Counted from the first letter of the stretch, positions 20,582-30,839 are shown. The stretch: 64,000 nucleotides of DNA from Candidatus Altimarinota bacterium (GCA_041242255.1 JBESAV010000001.1:832001-896000), one strand, 5' to 3'. Numbers and translations: made by a program. Notes: generated from the letters alone by a model not told the origin.

Positions 20582-22870
20582 ATGGCCCGAAGAAAAACTC
20601 GCAGGCGAACTTCTACTCGACGCAGAAAAAAGAAATCATTCTTAGAAAAACTATTATTTGGTTCTAACCAAAAATCAAAAAGATCCAAAAACAAAAAAAA
20701 GTGGAAAATTGAAGTTGAAGAACACGTAGCACAAGAAATAGCCGGAATAATTATTTCCTTATTAGCAATAGTTACTGGGCTAAGCTTGTTTGAAAAGTTC
20801 GGACCAATCGGTAACGCCATCAACCTTTTTATCCGACCAATCTTTGGTCATGGGGTTTACCTTCTACCAATAGTCCTAGCAATTATTGGGGTAAAACTCA
20901 TCTTCAACCGCAAGTTCAAATTCACCCAAACAACCATTATAGGTTTAGTAATGCTTTTCATAAGCATTCTTAGCATTCTCCACCTATCTATCGATGTAGA
21001 TCAAATCCTAAACATAGCCAAAGAAGGAGAAACTGGTGGTTATATAGGATTCGTAACCAATTACTTCTTCCGAGACCTATTAAACATACCTAAATTAGGA
21101 ACCAGCATTATTTTCGTAGGTTTCCTACTTATCTCTATATCCCTATCACTACACATGTCTATTAGAGATATTCTTTCTAAATTGTTCATCATCGAGTTCG
21201 AAACAAAATCTACCAAAAAAGAAACTAAAAAATCAAAACCAATCAGCATTCCTTCCATCGCAACTTCTTCTCATGAACCAGAACCTGAAGGAACTATAAA
21301 CATAATCAAGCCAGAACTTGAACCAAACATTAATGACCACAAAAAAGAATTCAAAAAACTAGACAAATCTCAACCAAACAAACTTTTCAAAGAAGATTTC
21401 GATAGCAATCCAGATGAACCAGAAGACCAAAAATCATCCACTCTTCAAGCAGAAATGGAACAGTGGGAATACCCAAACATTGACCTTCTGGAAAATAAAG
21501 CTGGAAAAGTAATGATAAAAGATCAAGAGCTAAGATCCTCAGCTAAAAACATCGAAAACAAACTCGAACAATTCGGTATATCAGTCAAAATGAACGACGT
21601 CCACGTCGGACCAGCCGTTATTCAATACACCCTTAAACCAGATGAAGGTGTTAAGCTTTCTAAAATAACCTCTCTCAAAAACGACCTAGCACTAGCTTTA
21701 GCCGCAAAATCAATCCGTATCGAAGCCCCAATTCCAGGTAAATCACTGGTAGGTATTGAGGTTCCATCCGAGAAAAGAATTTTAGTTAGATTAAAGGAAT
21801 TAATCACTTCTCCAGAATATCAAGAAATGGTGAAAGACACTAAACTAGCCCTTCCTCTCGGAAGAGATGTAAGTGGTAAACCAATCGTTGCAGATCTTGT
21901 AGACATGCCCCACTTACTTATCGCCGGTGCAACCAATTCAGGTAAATCTGTTTGTACAAACATTTTCTTAAATGCCCTACTTTTCCAAAACTCACCAGCA
22001 GAGCTAAAACTAATCCTAGTAGATCCTAAACAGGTAGAGCTTAGAGACTACAACGACATTCCCCACTTACTCACACCAGTTATTACAGACCCTGACAAAG
22101 CAGCCAATGCATTGAAATGGGCTGTTTCAGAGATGAACCGCCGTTACGGAACTCTTTCTGAAGCAGGATGCAGAAACATAGACGAATACAATGCTGACGA
22201 TACCCGCGAACGGAAAATGCCAAAAATAGTTATCCTCATAGACGAGTTAGCCGATCTTATGATGAGTAATGGAAAAGAGATAGAGGCACACATCTGTCGT
22301 CTAGCTCAAATGGCTCGTGCCGTTGGAATGCACTTAATCATAGCCACTCAAAGACCATCTGTAGACATCATTACCGGTCTCATTAAAGCCAATATCCCAT
22401 CTAGAATCGCCTTCTCAGTTAGTTCATCTGTAGACTCAAGAACTATCTTGGACGCAACAGGTGCAGAAGACTTACTTGGTAAAGGTGACATGCTATATCT
22501 CCAAAAAGATTACGCTAAACCAAGACGTATCCAAGGTGCTTATATTGCCCCACTAGAGATCAAAAAAGTAACCAACTTCCTCAAGCTTGGATTGGAACCA
22601 GACTACAAAGAAGAAGTTGTAGACAGAGCAGCAGCTAAAGGAATCTCTCCTGATGACCCAGCAACTGCGGGTCTAGAAGAAGACGAACTTTATGGTGATG
22701 CCTTTAAAGTTGTAATGAAAAATAGAAAAGCCTCAGCCTCCCTACTCCAAAGAAGACTTAAGGTAGGTTATGCACGTGCAGCAAGAATACTAGACCTCCT
22801 AGAAGAAAACGGTGTTATTGGTCCAGTTAATGGTTCTAAACCAAGAGAAGTATACTTATCAAAAGACTAA
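20582..22870 (+). CDS. ftsK: DNA translocase FtsK/SpoIIIE
   Basis: N-terminal TM domain, PHLLIAGATNSGKS, IDELADLM, ATQRPS, gamma domain ASASLLQRRLKVGYARAARILD. Confidence 0.98.
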   Translation: MARRKTRRRTSTRRRKKKSFLEKLLFGSNQKSKRSKNKKKWKIEVEEHVAQEIAGIIISLLAIVTGLSLFEKFGPIGNAINLFIRPIFGHGVYLLPIVLAIIGVKLIFNRKFKFTQTTIIGLVMLFISILSILHLSIDVDQILNIAKEGETGGYIGFVTNYFFRDLLNIPKLGTSIIFVGFLLISISLSLHMSIRDILSKLFIIEFETKSTKKETKKSKPISIPSIATSSHEPEPEGTINIIKPELEPNINDHKKEFKKLDKSQPNKLFKEDFDSNPDEPEDQKSSTLQAEMEQWEYPNIDLLENKAGKVMIKDQELRSSAKNIENKLEQFGISVKMNDVHVGPAVIQYTLKPDEGVKLSKITSLKNDLALALAAKSIRIEAPIPGKSLVGIEVPSEKRILVRLKELITSPEYQEMVKDTKLALPLGRDVSGKPIVADLVDMPHLLIAGATNSGKSVCTNIFLNALLFQNSPAELKLILVDPKQVELRDYNDIPHLLTPVITDPDKAANALKWAVSEMNRRYGTLSEAGCRNIDEYNADDTRERKMPKIVILIDELADLMMSNGKEIEAHICRLAQMARAVGMHLIIATQRPSVDIITGLIKANIPSRIAFSVSSSVDSRTILDATGAEDLLGKGDMLYLQKDYAKPRRIQGAYIAPLEIKKVTNFLKLGLEPDYKEEVVDRAAAKGISPDDPATAGLEEDELYGDAFKVVMKNRKASASLLQRRLKVGYARAARILDLLEENGVIGPVNGSKPREVYLSKD

Positions 22871-22875
22871 TTTTC

Positions 22876-22884
22876 TGCTATAAT
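22876..22884 (+). promoter_or_regulatory. extended -10 promoter TGCTATAAT for the VirB2-like pilin array
   Basis: Perfect TGnTATAAT just after the ftsK stop and 20 nt before ATG 22905. Confidence 0.6.
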
Positions 22885-22904
22885 TATTGGATAACAAAAC
22901 ACCA

Positions 22905-23594
22905 ATGACAAAATTCAAAAAAAAACTATTAACAGCAGTTTTTTTACTACTTGCCATTCCATTCTTACAAACTAATGCTTCTAATGGCGTAGATACAGGA
23001 ATATGTGACACAGTAAAACAAGAAGCAATAAGACTCTGCAATGCTTGTGCCTCAAGTGGAAGACAAATAAAACAAGAGGTAAACCCAATGCTTTCGAGTT
23101 ATTTCAGTCAAGAAAGCTATACCTGCAACAATATATCTCCGCTATCCTCAACTCAATCAGGACAAAGCTTTTTCTTTGATCAAATCAATTGTAAAAACAT
23201 CAGACAAACTCAATGTACATCTTCATCAAGCAATTCACCTGAAACACCAAACCTAACACCATCCGACTCCGAATTCTTCAATGTCAGCGACCCAAATCTA
23301 GGACTAACCGCCCCTGAACAAGGAACAAGATTCCAAGATGCAGTAGAAGCAGATGGACCAATCCTTGGACCTATCTTGCTTATTATCAACTTCCTTACAG
23401 CTATTATTTCAACACTAGCTATCTTAGCGCTTGTAGTTGGATCATTCTTCATGATAACAGCTAGAGGAGAAGAATCCCAAATCACTCGAGGAAAAGACAT
23501 AGTCAAAAATTCAATTATAGCCCTAGTGATAGTCCTTACTTCTTACACATTGATCAAAATTGTCCAAGCCACAGTCATCCTAATTATCTCATAA
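22905..23594 (+). CDS. VirB2/TrbC-like pilin paralog 1 (Cys-rich head)
   Basis: Signal peptide, 6 Cys, C-terminal TM-loop-TM with GSFFMITARGEESQITRGKDIV; ATG 22905 preferred over TTG 22887. Confidence 0.75.
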   Translation: MTKFKKKLLTAVFLLLAIPFLQTNASNGVDTGICDTVKQEAIRLCNACASSGRQIKQEVNPMLSSYFSQESYTCNNISPLSSTQSGQSFFFDQINCKNIRQTQCTSSSSNSPETPNLTPSDSEFFNVSDPNLGLTAPEQGTRFQDAVEADGPILGPILLIINFLTAIISTLAILALVVGSFFMITARGEESQITRGKDIVKNSIIALVIVLTSYTLIKIVQATVILIIS

Positions 23595-24733
23595 TGAAAA
23601 AATTCCTCCTCCTTACAGCACTTTCAACCATCCTAATTCCTCAAACGGTTTTTGCACAAAATCAAAGTACAATTGAAACCTGCCAACTCCCTGGTGGACC
23701 AACTGTCACTATATCAATCCCCCCAAATCAAACCATCGATGATGTTTCTACAATTCAGTACGGAACCTGTCTCGCCTTACAAGGAAACCCAACCCAACTA
23801 AACAAAGCTAACTGCTCAACTGAAATTCGAAAAACCAAAGAATTCGAAAACCTTGATGAAAATGAAAAACAACCAGCCATAACTAAATGTGAAAGACAAG
23901 TCGAAGACTTACAAAGATCATTCAGCAAAGAAAATAACTCGGCATACACAGATAGTTTAAAAACACAAATAAAGTCAGATGATTGCGTCACAAATGATCC
24001 AGAAGTCAAAAACCTTGGTGTAGATTGCACCACTAACCCCAACACTGCCTCAGAAGGTTTAACCACACTCCAAAACGTATTCAACAACAACTTTGTATAC
24101 CAACTCATAGAACCAATCACTAATGAAAACCTAGTAATCCAAAAAAGAACCTGCTCTTACGAATTTCTAAGAAACCGAGACGGACTCCTCCAAGTTGCCA
24201 ATCCAGATAATAATTCAGTAGACCAGACTAGAAACAATAATTTCTACCAAAACAACTCCTTTATAATCACAGAAAAAAAGTGCTACGTAACCTTTGTAGG
24301 ACCAGGACAATGCCAACCAAACCTTATCCTAGATGCAAGAATCACCTTCGACGAAGATCTTCCAGTAAGCACATACTGTAAGACTTACCAGGTTATTTCT
24401 GGTTCATCAGGTACAGGATTCATCAAAGGGTTTGTAAACATTATCTATCGACTTGCAGTTGGTATAGTTGGAGTAATAGCAGTAATTGTAATAGTAGTGA
24501 ACGGTATACGTATCTCAACTGCCGGAGACGACTCTGGAGTAGTTTCTGATGCCAAAGAACGAATAGCTCAAAGTATATTTGGACTAGCAATTTTATTCTT
24601 AGCATGGATTATCTTAAGAAGTGTAAACCCTAACTTCTTCACAACCGACAATTTAGATATAAATGACCCAAGGGCACCTCAAAACACAATTGAGGAAGCA
24701 CAACCAGCATCTAACGAAACAACCAATGAATAA
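23594..24733 (+). CDS. VirB2/TrbC-like pilin paralog 2 (large Cys-rich head)
   Basis: Signal peptide ending VFA, 10 Cys, NGIRISTAGDDSGVVSDAKERIAQSIFGL...ILRSVNP. Confidence 0.8.
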   Translation: MKKFLLLTALSTILIPQTVFAQNQSTIETCQLPGGPTVTISIPPNQTIDDVSTIQYGTCLALQGNPTQLNKANCSTEIRKTKEFENLDENEKQPAITKCERQVEDLQRSFSKENNSAYTDSLKTQIKSDDCVTNDPEVKNLGVDCTTNPNTASEGLTTLQNVFNNNFVYQLIEPITNENLVIQKRTCSYEFLRNRDGLLQVANPDNNSVDQTRNNNFYQNNSFIITEKKCYVTFVGPGQCQPNLILDARITFDEDLPVSTYCKTYQVISGSSGTGFIKGFVNIIYRLAVGIVGVIAVIVIVVNGIRISTAGDDSGVVSDAKERIAQSIFGLAILFLAWIILRSVNPNFFTTDNLDINDPRAPQNTIEEAQPASNETTNE

Positions 24734-25184
24734 AACTATCGCAAAATTTTTTATCACGCTTAGCATATTTGGATTTTTGAGTGCAGCAAGCCAAACAGAT
24801 ATCTCATCAAACGACTCACACCTAATCCCAACAACTCAAGCCCAATCCTCTGAAAGCACCACTACTCTTCCCCCACTTCCAAAACCAGACTTTCTTCCAG
24901 GACCAACTGACCCAAACAATCAAAACAACCCAGAAGATATACAAACCTACTTTCAAGATAGATTGCTGCCAATGGCAGCCCAAAGACTTGTTACTATCAT
25001 CGCTTTACTAGCTATAATTAGTTTAATCTTTGCAGGGTTCAAATACTACACAGCATTTGGGGACGAAGGCAAAGCTGGAGACGCCAAAAAAATCGCACAA
25101 TATGCTATCGTAGGTTTAGTTTTATCACTTATGAGTTTAGCAATAGTTAGCATCATTGCCGGATTAGCTCAATTCTTTCAATAA
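24726..25184 (+). CDS. VirB2/TrbC-like pilin paralog 3
   Basis: Likely start ATG 24726 overlapping the previous stop; AGFKYYTAFGDEGKAGDAKKIAQYAIVGL. Confidence 0.8.
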   Translation: MNKTIAKFFITLSIFGFLSAASQTDISSNDSHLIPTTQAQSSESTTTLPPLPKPDFLPGPTDPNNQNNPEDIQTYFQDRLLPMAAQRLVTIIALLAIISLIFAGFKYYTAFGDEGKAGDAKKIAQYAIVGLVLSLMSLAIVSIIAGLAQFFQ

Positions 25185-25188
25185 AAAT

Positions 25189-25635
25189 ATGTTCAAAAAA
25201 CTTCTAACAATTTCAGTCTTAACTTACTTTACACTTTTGCCATTCACTGCAAAAGCTCAAGATCCAGCCCAACCACCTCAAGACAATCAAGTAAACGAAA
25301 ACGACCAACTTGAAGACAATTTCTCTCAAGCTCTTGATGATTTATTTCCTACTGAAACTGAACTCTTTGGAGAAGAACAAGGAAACTTCGCCCAAGGCGA
25401 CCTAGAACAAGACATAGTTCCAAGACTACTTAGACTTCTTGTTATCATTTCAGGAACTTTCATCACTCTGATTTTCACCTACATGGGATTTAGACTAGTT
25501 CTTGCACGAGACGATGACGCTGAACTAACTAATCTTAAAAACACATTCACTCAAGTGGTTATAGGAACTGTACTTATACTCAGCGCTTTTGCCCTTGTAG
25601 TTGGAATTGTCCAATACTTTGATTCCTTACGATAA
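25189..25635 (+). CDS. VirB2/TrbC-like pilin paralog 4
   Basis: Signal peptide ending AKA; MGFRLVLARDDDAELTNLKNTFTQVVIGT. Confidence 0.75.
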   Translation: MFKKLLTISVLTYFTLLPFTAKAQDPAQPPQDNQVNENDQLEDNFSQALDDLFPTETELFGEEQGNFAQGDLEQDIVPRLLRLLVIISGTFITLIFTYMGFRLVLARDDDAELTNLKNTFTQVVIGTVLILSAFALVVGIVQYFDSLR

Positions 25636-25637
25636 AT

Positions 25638-26036
25638 ATGAATAAATTAAAATTTTTCTTATACACACTTGCAACCACAGCATCATTAGGAATTTTCAAT
25701 AAAACCTATGCTCAAATAGGACTCGACCCAGATCTAAAACCTGACACTCTACCTACCACAGGAGCTTTCCAAAACGGACAAACAGCCGAAAGCTTTGTCA
25801 TCAGAGTAGTCGGAAACATTATAGATTTCATCATGGCAATCAGTGGTGGACTAGCAGTATTCTTCATTGTCTATGCTGGATTCCAATATGTATCAGCTCG
25901 TGGTCAAGACGACCAGCTTTCCACTGCAAAAAACAACCTCCAATGGATCATCGGAGGCTTAATACTAATGTTCTTCTCAATGGTTTTAGTAAGGTTTGTA
26001 GTGACAGTTATTTTAGGACTAGAAGAAGTAAACTAA
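25638..26036 (+). CDS. VirB2/TrbC-like pilin paralog 5
   Basis: Signal peptide ending TYA; AGFQYVSARGQDDQLSTAKNNLQWIIGGL. Confidence 0.8.
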   Translation: MNKLKFFLYTLATTASLGIFNKTYAQIGLDPDLKPDTLPTTGAFQNGQTAESFVIRVVGNIIDFIMAISGGLAVFFIVYAGFQYVSARGQDDQLSTAKNNLQWIIGGLILMFFSMVLVRFVVTVILGLEEVN

Positions 26037-26419
26037 GACTCCTTAGAGCTACTCACTGAAGCAATAATCTCACTTATACTCTCCCCAACCTCCGAAACAG
26101 CTATCTCAACCGTTGGAAATTCCAAATCACGAGTTGCTATTTTAAGTGTATAAGGATCCATAAATTCAGACTCAAAATCTATCTCTACTCCTGGAAAATA
26201 TTGCTCTAACAAATCAATCAACTCATCTGGCTCACACACAAAAACTTCTTTAAAACTCTCCCTCACAACCACTCTCCTTTCATCATTGGAATCATCCAAA
26301 CTCAAAGTGTAACCAAGCGAATCTCCATATTCATTCTCGTAACGAAAACTCACAAAACCTTGCTTCAACCTGTCCATAATCAACTCAATCTCAGTTTTTT
26401 CTCTTATAATCTCATTCAT
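26033..26419 (-). CDS. hypothetical (orphan) acidic protein
   Basis: 128-aa ORF 17 nt downstream of metG. Confidence 0.65.
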   Translation of the reverse strand: MNEIIREKTEIELIMDRLKQGFVSFRYENEYGDSLGYTLSLDDSNDERRVVVRESFKEVFVCEPDELIDLLEQYFPGVEIDFESEFMDPYTLKIATRDLEFPTVEIAVSEVGESISEIIASVSSSKES

Positions 26420-26436
26420 GATAATTGGTTAAATTA

Positions 26437-27975
26437 TTATTTTTCCCATTCACGCCTTGCAAACAACGGATCAATTTTTTCTGCAACTTTAATATTTCCA
26501 CTCAAACCTTTTTCAACATTCAAAAACTTCTCATCGAGATTCAAAGCCTGCAGAGCTTGCAAAGATTTACTAGGAATAACCGGATACAAAAGCCTAGCTC
26601 CCAAAGCTATACCATAAACTAGATTAACCATAACTTCTGCCAACTCTTCATCTTTACCTTCTTTTTTTAAAGTCCAAGGTTGCTTTTCTTCAATGAACTG
26701 ATTTAAGCCTGTTAGAAACTTCAATACAGCCTCAACAGATTTCTTCATTTCAAAATTCATCATTCCATCTACATATTTCTCATAAGTATCAACATACTCA
26801 CCTTGAAAAACAAAAGCATCTCCATCTTTTATCAATCCCATATCAACCTCTCCATCAAGGTATTTATTAACCATTGAAACAGTCCTGCTCAAAAGATTAC
26901 CAAAGTTATTTTGTAAATCAGACTCATACACAACCCTAAATCTCTCGTAATTAAAATCACCATCATCACCTGTCGGAATTTCTCTTACCAAGAAAAACCT
27001 AACCACATCAGATCCAAATTCATCCAATAACTCCATAGGATCAATCACATTCCCCAAACTCTTACTCATCTTATGACCATTCGAAGTAATAAAACCATGA
27101 ACACAAATCTCCAATGGCAAAGGTAATTCAGCACTCAAAAGCATCCCAATCCAAATCCCAGCATGAAACCTCAAAATATCTTTACCAATAACATGCTTAT
27201 CAACAGGCCAAAACTTATCCATCAGATCATCATCATTACCAAAACCAAGCCCTGTGATGTAATTAGTCAAAGCATCACACCAAACATACATCACATGCTC
27301 TTCATCACCTGGTATAGGTACACCCCAATCCATTTTATCAACCTGCCTAGAAAAGCTAACATCTCTCAACCCTTCATCAATCATAGACAATATCTCTCTT
27401 TTCCTAGACTCAGGCCTAACCCTAACCGTATCTGACTCAATCAAATCTCTAATCTGATCCGAATACTTAGAAAGCTTAAAAAAGTAATTCTCCTCTTCAA
27501 TCTCAGTCACTTCCTTTAAATGAATAGGACAAATCTTTCCATCATTCAAATCCTTTTCAAGGTAAAAATCCTCACAACCAACACAGTACAAACCAGTATA
27601 TTTTGCCATATATATATCACCTTTTTCCGAAAGCTTCTTCCACATCTCTTGCGCCCCTTTCTTATGATAATCATCAGTAGTACGAATAAACTTATCAGAC
27701 TCAATCAAAGCAGCTTCATTTAAATCCTTAAAGTACTCAACATTTTTATCTACAAACTTCTGGGTGTCCTCAAAACCTTGCTCTACTCCCTTCTCTTTGA
27801 TCTTTTGGCCATGCTCATCTGTCCCAGTAAGAAAGAAAGATGGATTACCAAGGAGATCTTTGTTGTATCGATACAAAACATCAGCCAACACATTCTCAAA
27901 AGCATGACCAATATGAGGTTTTGCATTCGCATAGTGGATTGCTGTAGTTACGTAAAAATTCTTTAAATTATTCAT
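26437..27975 (-). CDS. metG: methionine--tRNA ligase (short form)
   Basis: YVTTAIHYANAKPHIGH, GTDEHGQKI, YVWCDAL, GKDILRFH, KMSKS. Confidence 0.98.
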   Translation of the reverse strand: MNNLKNFYVTTAIHYANAKPHIGHAFENVLADVLYRYNKDLLGNPSFFLTGTDEHGQKIKEKGVEQGFEDTQKFVDKNVEYFKDLNEAALIESDKFIRTTDDYHKKGAQEMWKKLSEKGDIYMAKYTGLYCVGCEDFYLEKDLNDGKICPIHLKEVTEIEEENYFFKLSKYSDQIRDLIESDTVRVRPESRKREILSMIDEGLRDVSFSRQVDKMDWGVPIPGDEEHVMYVWCDALTNYITGLGFGNDDDLMDKFWPVDKHVIGKDILRFHAGIWIGMLLSAELPLPLEICVHGFITSNGHKMSKSLGNVIDPMELLDEFGSDVVRFFLVREIPTGDDGDFNYERFRVVYESDLQNNFGNLLSRTVSMVNKYLDGEVDMGLIKDGDAFVFQGEYVDTYEKYVDGMMNFEMKKSVEAVLKFLTGLNQFIEEKQPWTLKKEGKDEELAEVMVNLVYGIALGARLLYPVIPSKSLQALQALNLDEKFLNVEKGLSGNIKVAEKIDPLFARREWEK

Positions 27976-28061
27976 TCTTCTTATTTAGATCACATTCATC
28001 ATAAACAAATTTTACAAACTCACAAGATTGTTATAAACTTGACATATTATAAAACGATATT

Positions 28062-28535
28062 ATGAAAAACATAATCCTTTGTAGAGAAAAAACTCTACAT
28101 CAACTACCGGAGATAGAAAACACTGTAACAGTAAAAGACCCTGCCCAATTTTTCAGACAATCACACTTAGGTGAGCTAGAATTAGATGCAACATCCAAGG
28201 TTATAATCGAACCTCCACATACCATATACAAAAAAGTAACCTGGGATCTTATGGTTAACCTACTACACCGAAGACATGAGATCCCAGCCTACCAATTCCT
28301 AATTCTAGTTTCAGAGTTAACCCACAGCAAAAAGAAATATCAAACTGAAATTCATGATCCACTAGGATATTTAGACGTCATGCACAATGCACGTAATATG
28401 CTTGTTCATTATTTCTTCTATGAGGATTTAGAAAGCCTACTCACAGTAACAATAGACTTCCTAGAAACAGAATCACCACAAACCTTTTTAACTGGTGATA
28501 ACCAATACGAAATAGAAGAGTCCATCATCTCCTAA
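28062..28535 (+). CDS. hypothetical protein
   Basis: 157-aa ORF divergent from metG; 3' end overlaps the convergent gene by 48 nt. Confidence 0.6.
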   Translation: MKNIILCREKTLHQLPEIENTVTVKDPAQFFRQSHLGELELDATSKVIIEPPHTIYKKVTWDLMVNLLHRRHEIPAYQFLILVSELTHSKKKYQTEIHDPLGYLDVMHNARNMLVHYFFYEDLESLLTVTIDFLETESPQTFLTGDNQYEIEESIIS

Positions 28536-30749
28536 CTTCACATCAAAGCCATAGTAATCATAACCCTCATCCTCGAGTTCTCTAACACTTTGATAAATTA
28601 AATCTTCAACCTCCTGTATAAAAGTACTAATACCTGTCACCGCATTACCTGAAACAAAAGTATTCAAATCACCAACCTCATCCATCAAGCTTCTTCCTGC
28701 TACATTAGTTCCATAATCTTGATTTTCAACCATCCAATCTGACCAATCATCAGTAATCTCAACCAAATCAGGATGTTGCCCAACCCCAAGCTGCTCCTCA
28801 ATCAATTCCTCAAACTCTTCAATCACTATATTCGAGTCAAAGCTAAAGTTTTGCACAAGATATAAAGCCCCAGACCCATCAACAGCTATTCCAATCCCAA
28901 CCTCTGTCCAATTTGGATCAAGGATATTCACTCTATGTGCAGCACTTCTCATCAAAGAACTTTGTGCATCAGAAATTTCAAAATTCCTAGCAATATTCTC
29001 ACCAACAAAAGTCTTTATCCCATATTCGACTTTCCTTTCAGAAACCTTCCTCCCCTCCAAATCAGAATGTGAAACATATTTATTTTCAGCCATATCATCA
29101 GCATGAGCTTGAGCTAAAAGATTCAAGCTTCCACTCAATACAACTTCGTCCAAACCAAAAGCCACTCTATCTTCATTTAAAAGATCTAGTGCATTCTGAA
29201 CAGTTGGCTCCAAATTCAAATCAGACCGATCATATGGATCATCACCTATTGGTAAAACATTATGTCTATAAATAGGATAATTTATCAAAGCCCTCCCCTC
29301 CACATCATTCACCTCAATGATCTCATACAAACTATCTTCAGGCGGAGTATAATCCAACCTTACATTGTCGTTATTTACAACAACATAATCCTCCAAAATT
29401 TTAACCTCACCACCTTCATCTATCACATAAAGATACTTTTCCGAAGGAATCAAAGCTTCAAATCTAACATTAATTCTGTCACCAACTCCATAACTAAAAT
29501 CCAAACTTTCTCCATCAATATTATTCAAAATCACCTCAAATTCTGGCACAACTTCCAAATCAATCACATCTAAATCATAAAAACTACTCCTACTTCCCTC
29601 CTCCACATCAAAGTCAGCCACATCAACATCAAGCAAAATGTCAGATTCACCATCCCAAAAATCTTTCAACCAAAAGTTCGGTAAAGTTATCTGCCTAAAA
29701 TCCTGCCTGTTCAAAAAAGTTAATTCTTTATACCCCAAACTAAATGTATATCTTTTTAAGTACGACCTAACATCTTGCTGATTAAAAACTATATCATTTT
29801 TAAAAGTTGAAACATAAAACTCTCCCTCAACTGAATCTATCTCACCAACCTCATCCCAATCACCAATTGCCTGAATATCAAAAGACTTCCCTCCTATCTC
29901 AACTTGATAAACTCCCTTTGAACCAAACCACAATGGAACACTAAACTCATCCCCAGCATCACCTAAATCAGTTTGATTATCACCTGAAGCATTTAATATC
30001 TGCAAAACAGCATCATCCTCCAAGACATTCCCCTCAAAAACATAGACTTCATTCTCCAGAACATACCTAGGTACCCTTTGAGATAACTCAACTTCCTCAA
30101 GAACGATATCAGGATAGTATGGTTCACCAAGCTCAATCTTAGCCTCATAAACCCTGTTAGGCAGATCTCTTGCAACTAAAGCCCTGTAATAAATCTCAGA
30201 AAAATCCCTCCTCAAAACCAGCTCTCCAGCAACAAACTCATTCAAAAAAGGTAAATAATTCAACTCATAAGCCCTACCAACATAACCAGAAAACCACTCC
30301 CCACCTGAGATATCAGAATATGACGCTTGATCAGATTCACCTAAAGCCTCTGCTTCCATAATTATCTTTACAGCCTCAGCTCTGTTAATAGTCTGTGCTG
30401 GCTTAAAAGTACCATCAGGATACCCCTCAACCAACCCTAACTCCTGAGCCGTACACACATATCTTGCATACCAACTCCCCTCCTCCATATCTGGGAAACA
30501 CCCCTCACTTTCAGATAGCTGAGCCCCCAAACTTTCCACAACTATTTTCGTTAACTCAGCACGATTCAAAGTCCTATTCGGCTTGAAAGTACCATCAGGG
30601 TAACCACCAACTATCCCCTGCTCTTCAAGATAATCAATTGCATTAAAATTTATATCAGATTCAGATACATCACTAAAATCAGCAAAAGCCACCCCAGACA
30701 AGCTTACAACAAAAACCAATCCCAATATAATTCTTAATAAGTTTCTCAT
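28488..30749 (-). CDS. SLH-domain protein with C-terminal CAP (SCP) domain
   Basis: Signal peptide ending AFA; GYPDGTFKPNRTLNRAE and GYPDGTFKPAQTINRAE SLH repeats; CAP motifs AQAHADDM, GENIA, MRSAAHRVNILDPNWTEVGIG; ATG 30749 preferred. Confidence 0.9.
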   Translation of the reverse strand: MRNLLRIILGLVFVVSLSGVAFADFSDVSESDINFNAIDYLEEQGIVGGYPDGTFKPNRTLNRAELTKIVVESLGAQLSESEGCFPDMEEGSWYARYVCTAQELGLVEGYPDGTFKPAQTINRAEAVKIIMEAEALGESDQASYSDISGGEWFSGYVGRAYELNYLPFLNEFVAGELVLRRDFSEIYYRALVARDLPNRVYEAKIELGEPYYPDIVLEEVELSQRVPRYVLENEVYVFEGNVLEDDAVLQILNASGDNQTDLGDAGDEFSVPLWFGSKGVYQVEIGGKSFDIQAIGDWDEVGEIDSVEGEFYVSTFKNDIVFNQQDVRSYLKRYTFSLGYKELTFLNRQDFRQITLPNFWLKDFWDGESDILLDVDVADFDVEEGSRSSFYDLDVIDLEVVPEFEVILNNIDGESLDFSYGVGDRINVRFEALIPSEKYLYVIDEGGEVKILEDYVVVNNDNVRLDYTPPEDSLYEIIEVNDVEGRALINYPIYRHNVLPIGDDPYDRSDLNLEPTVQNALDLLNEDRVAFGLDEVVLSGSLNLLAQAHADDMAENKYVSHSDLEGRKVSERKVEYGIKTFVGENIARNFEISDAQSSLMRSAAHRVNILDPNWTEVGIGIAVDGSGALYLVQNFSFDSNIVIEEFEELIEEQLGVGQHPDLVEITDDWSDWMVENQDYGTNVAGRSLMDEVGDLNTFVSGNAVTGISTFIQEVEDLIYQSVRELEDEGYDYYGFDVKLGDDGLFYFVLVITS

Positions 30750-30839
30750 AATTTCATTTAATTTCAGCCACATTATACCGACAACTCTTGCCTAAAAAAA
30801 GACATACAGCTACAATCCAACCAACATTAATAGACAAAA

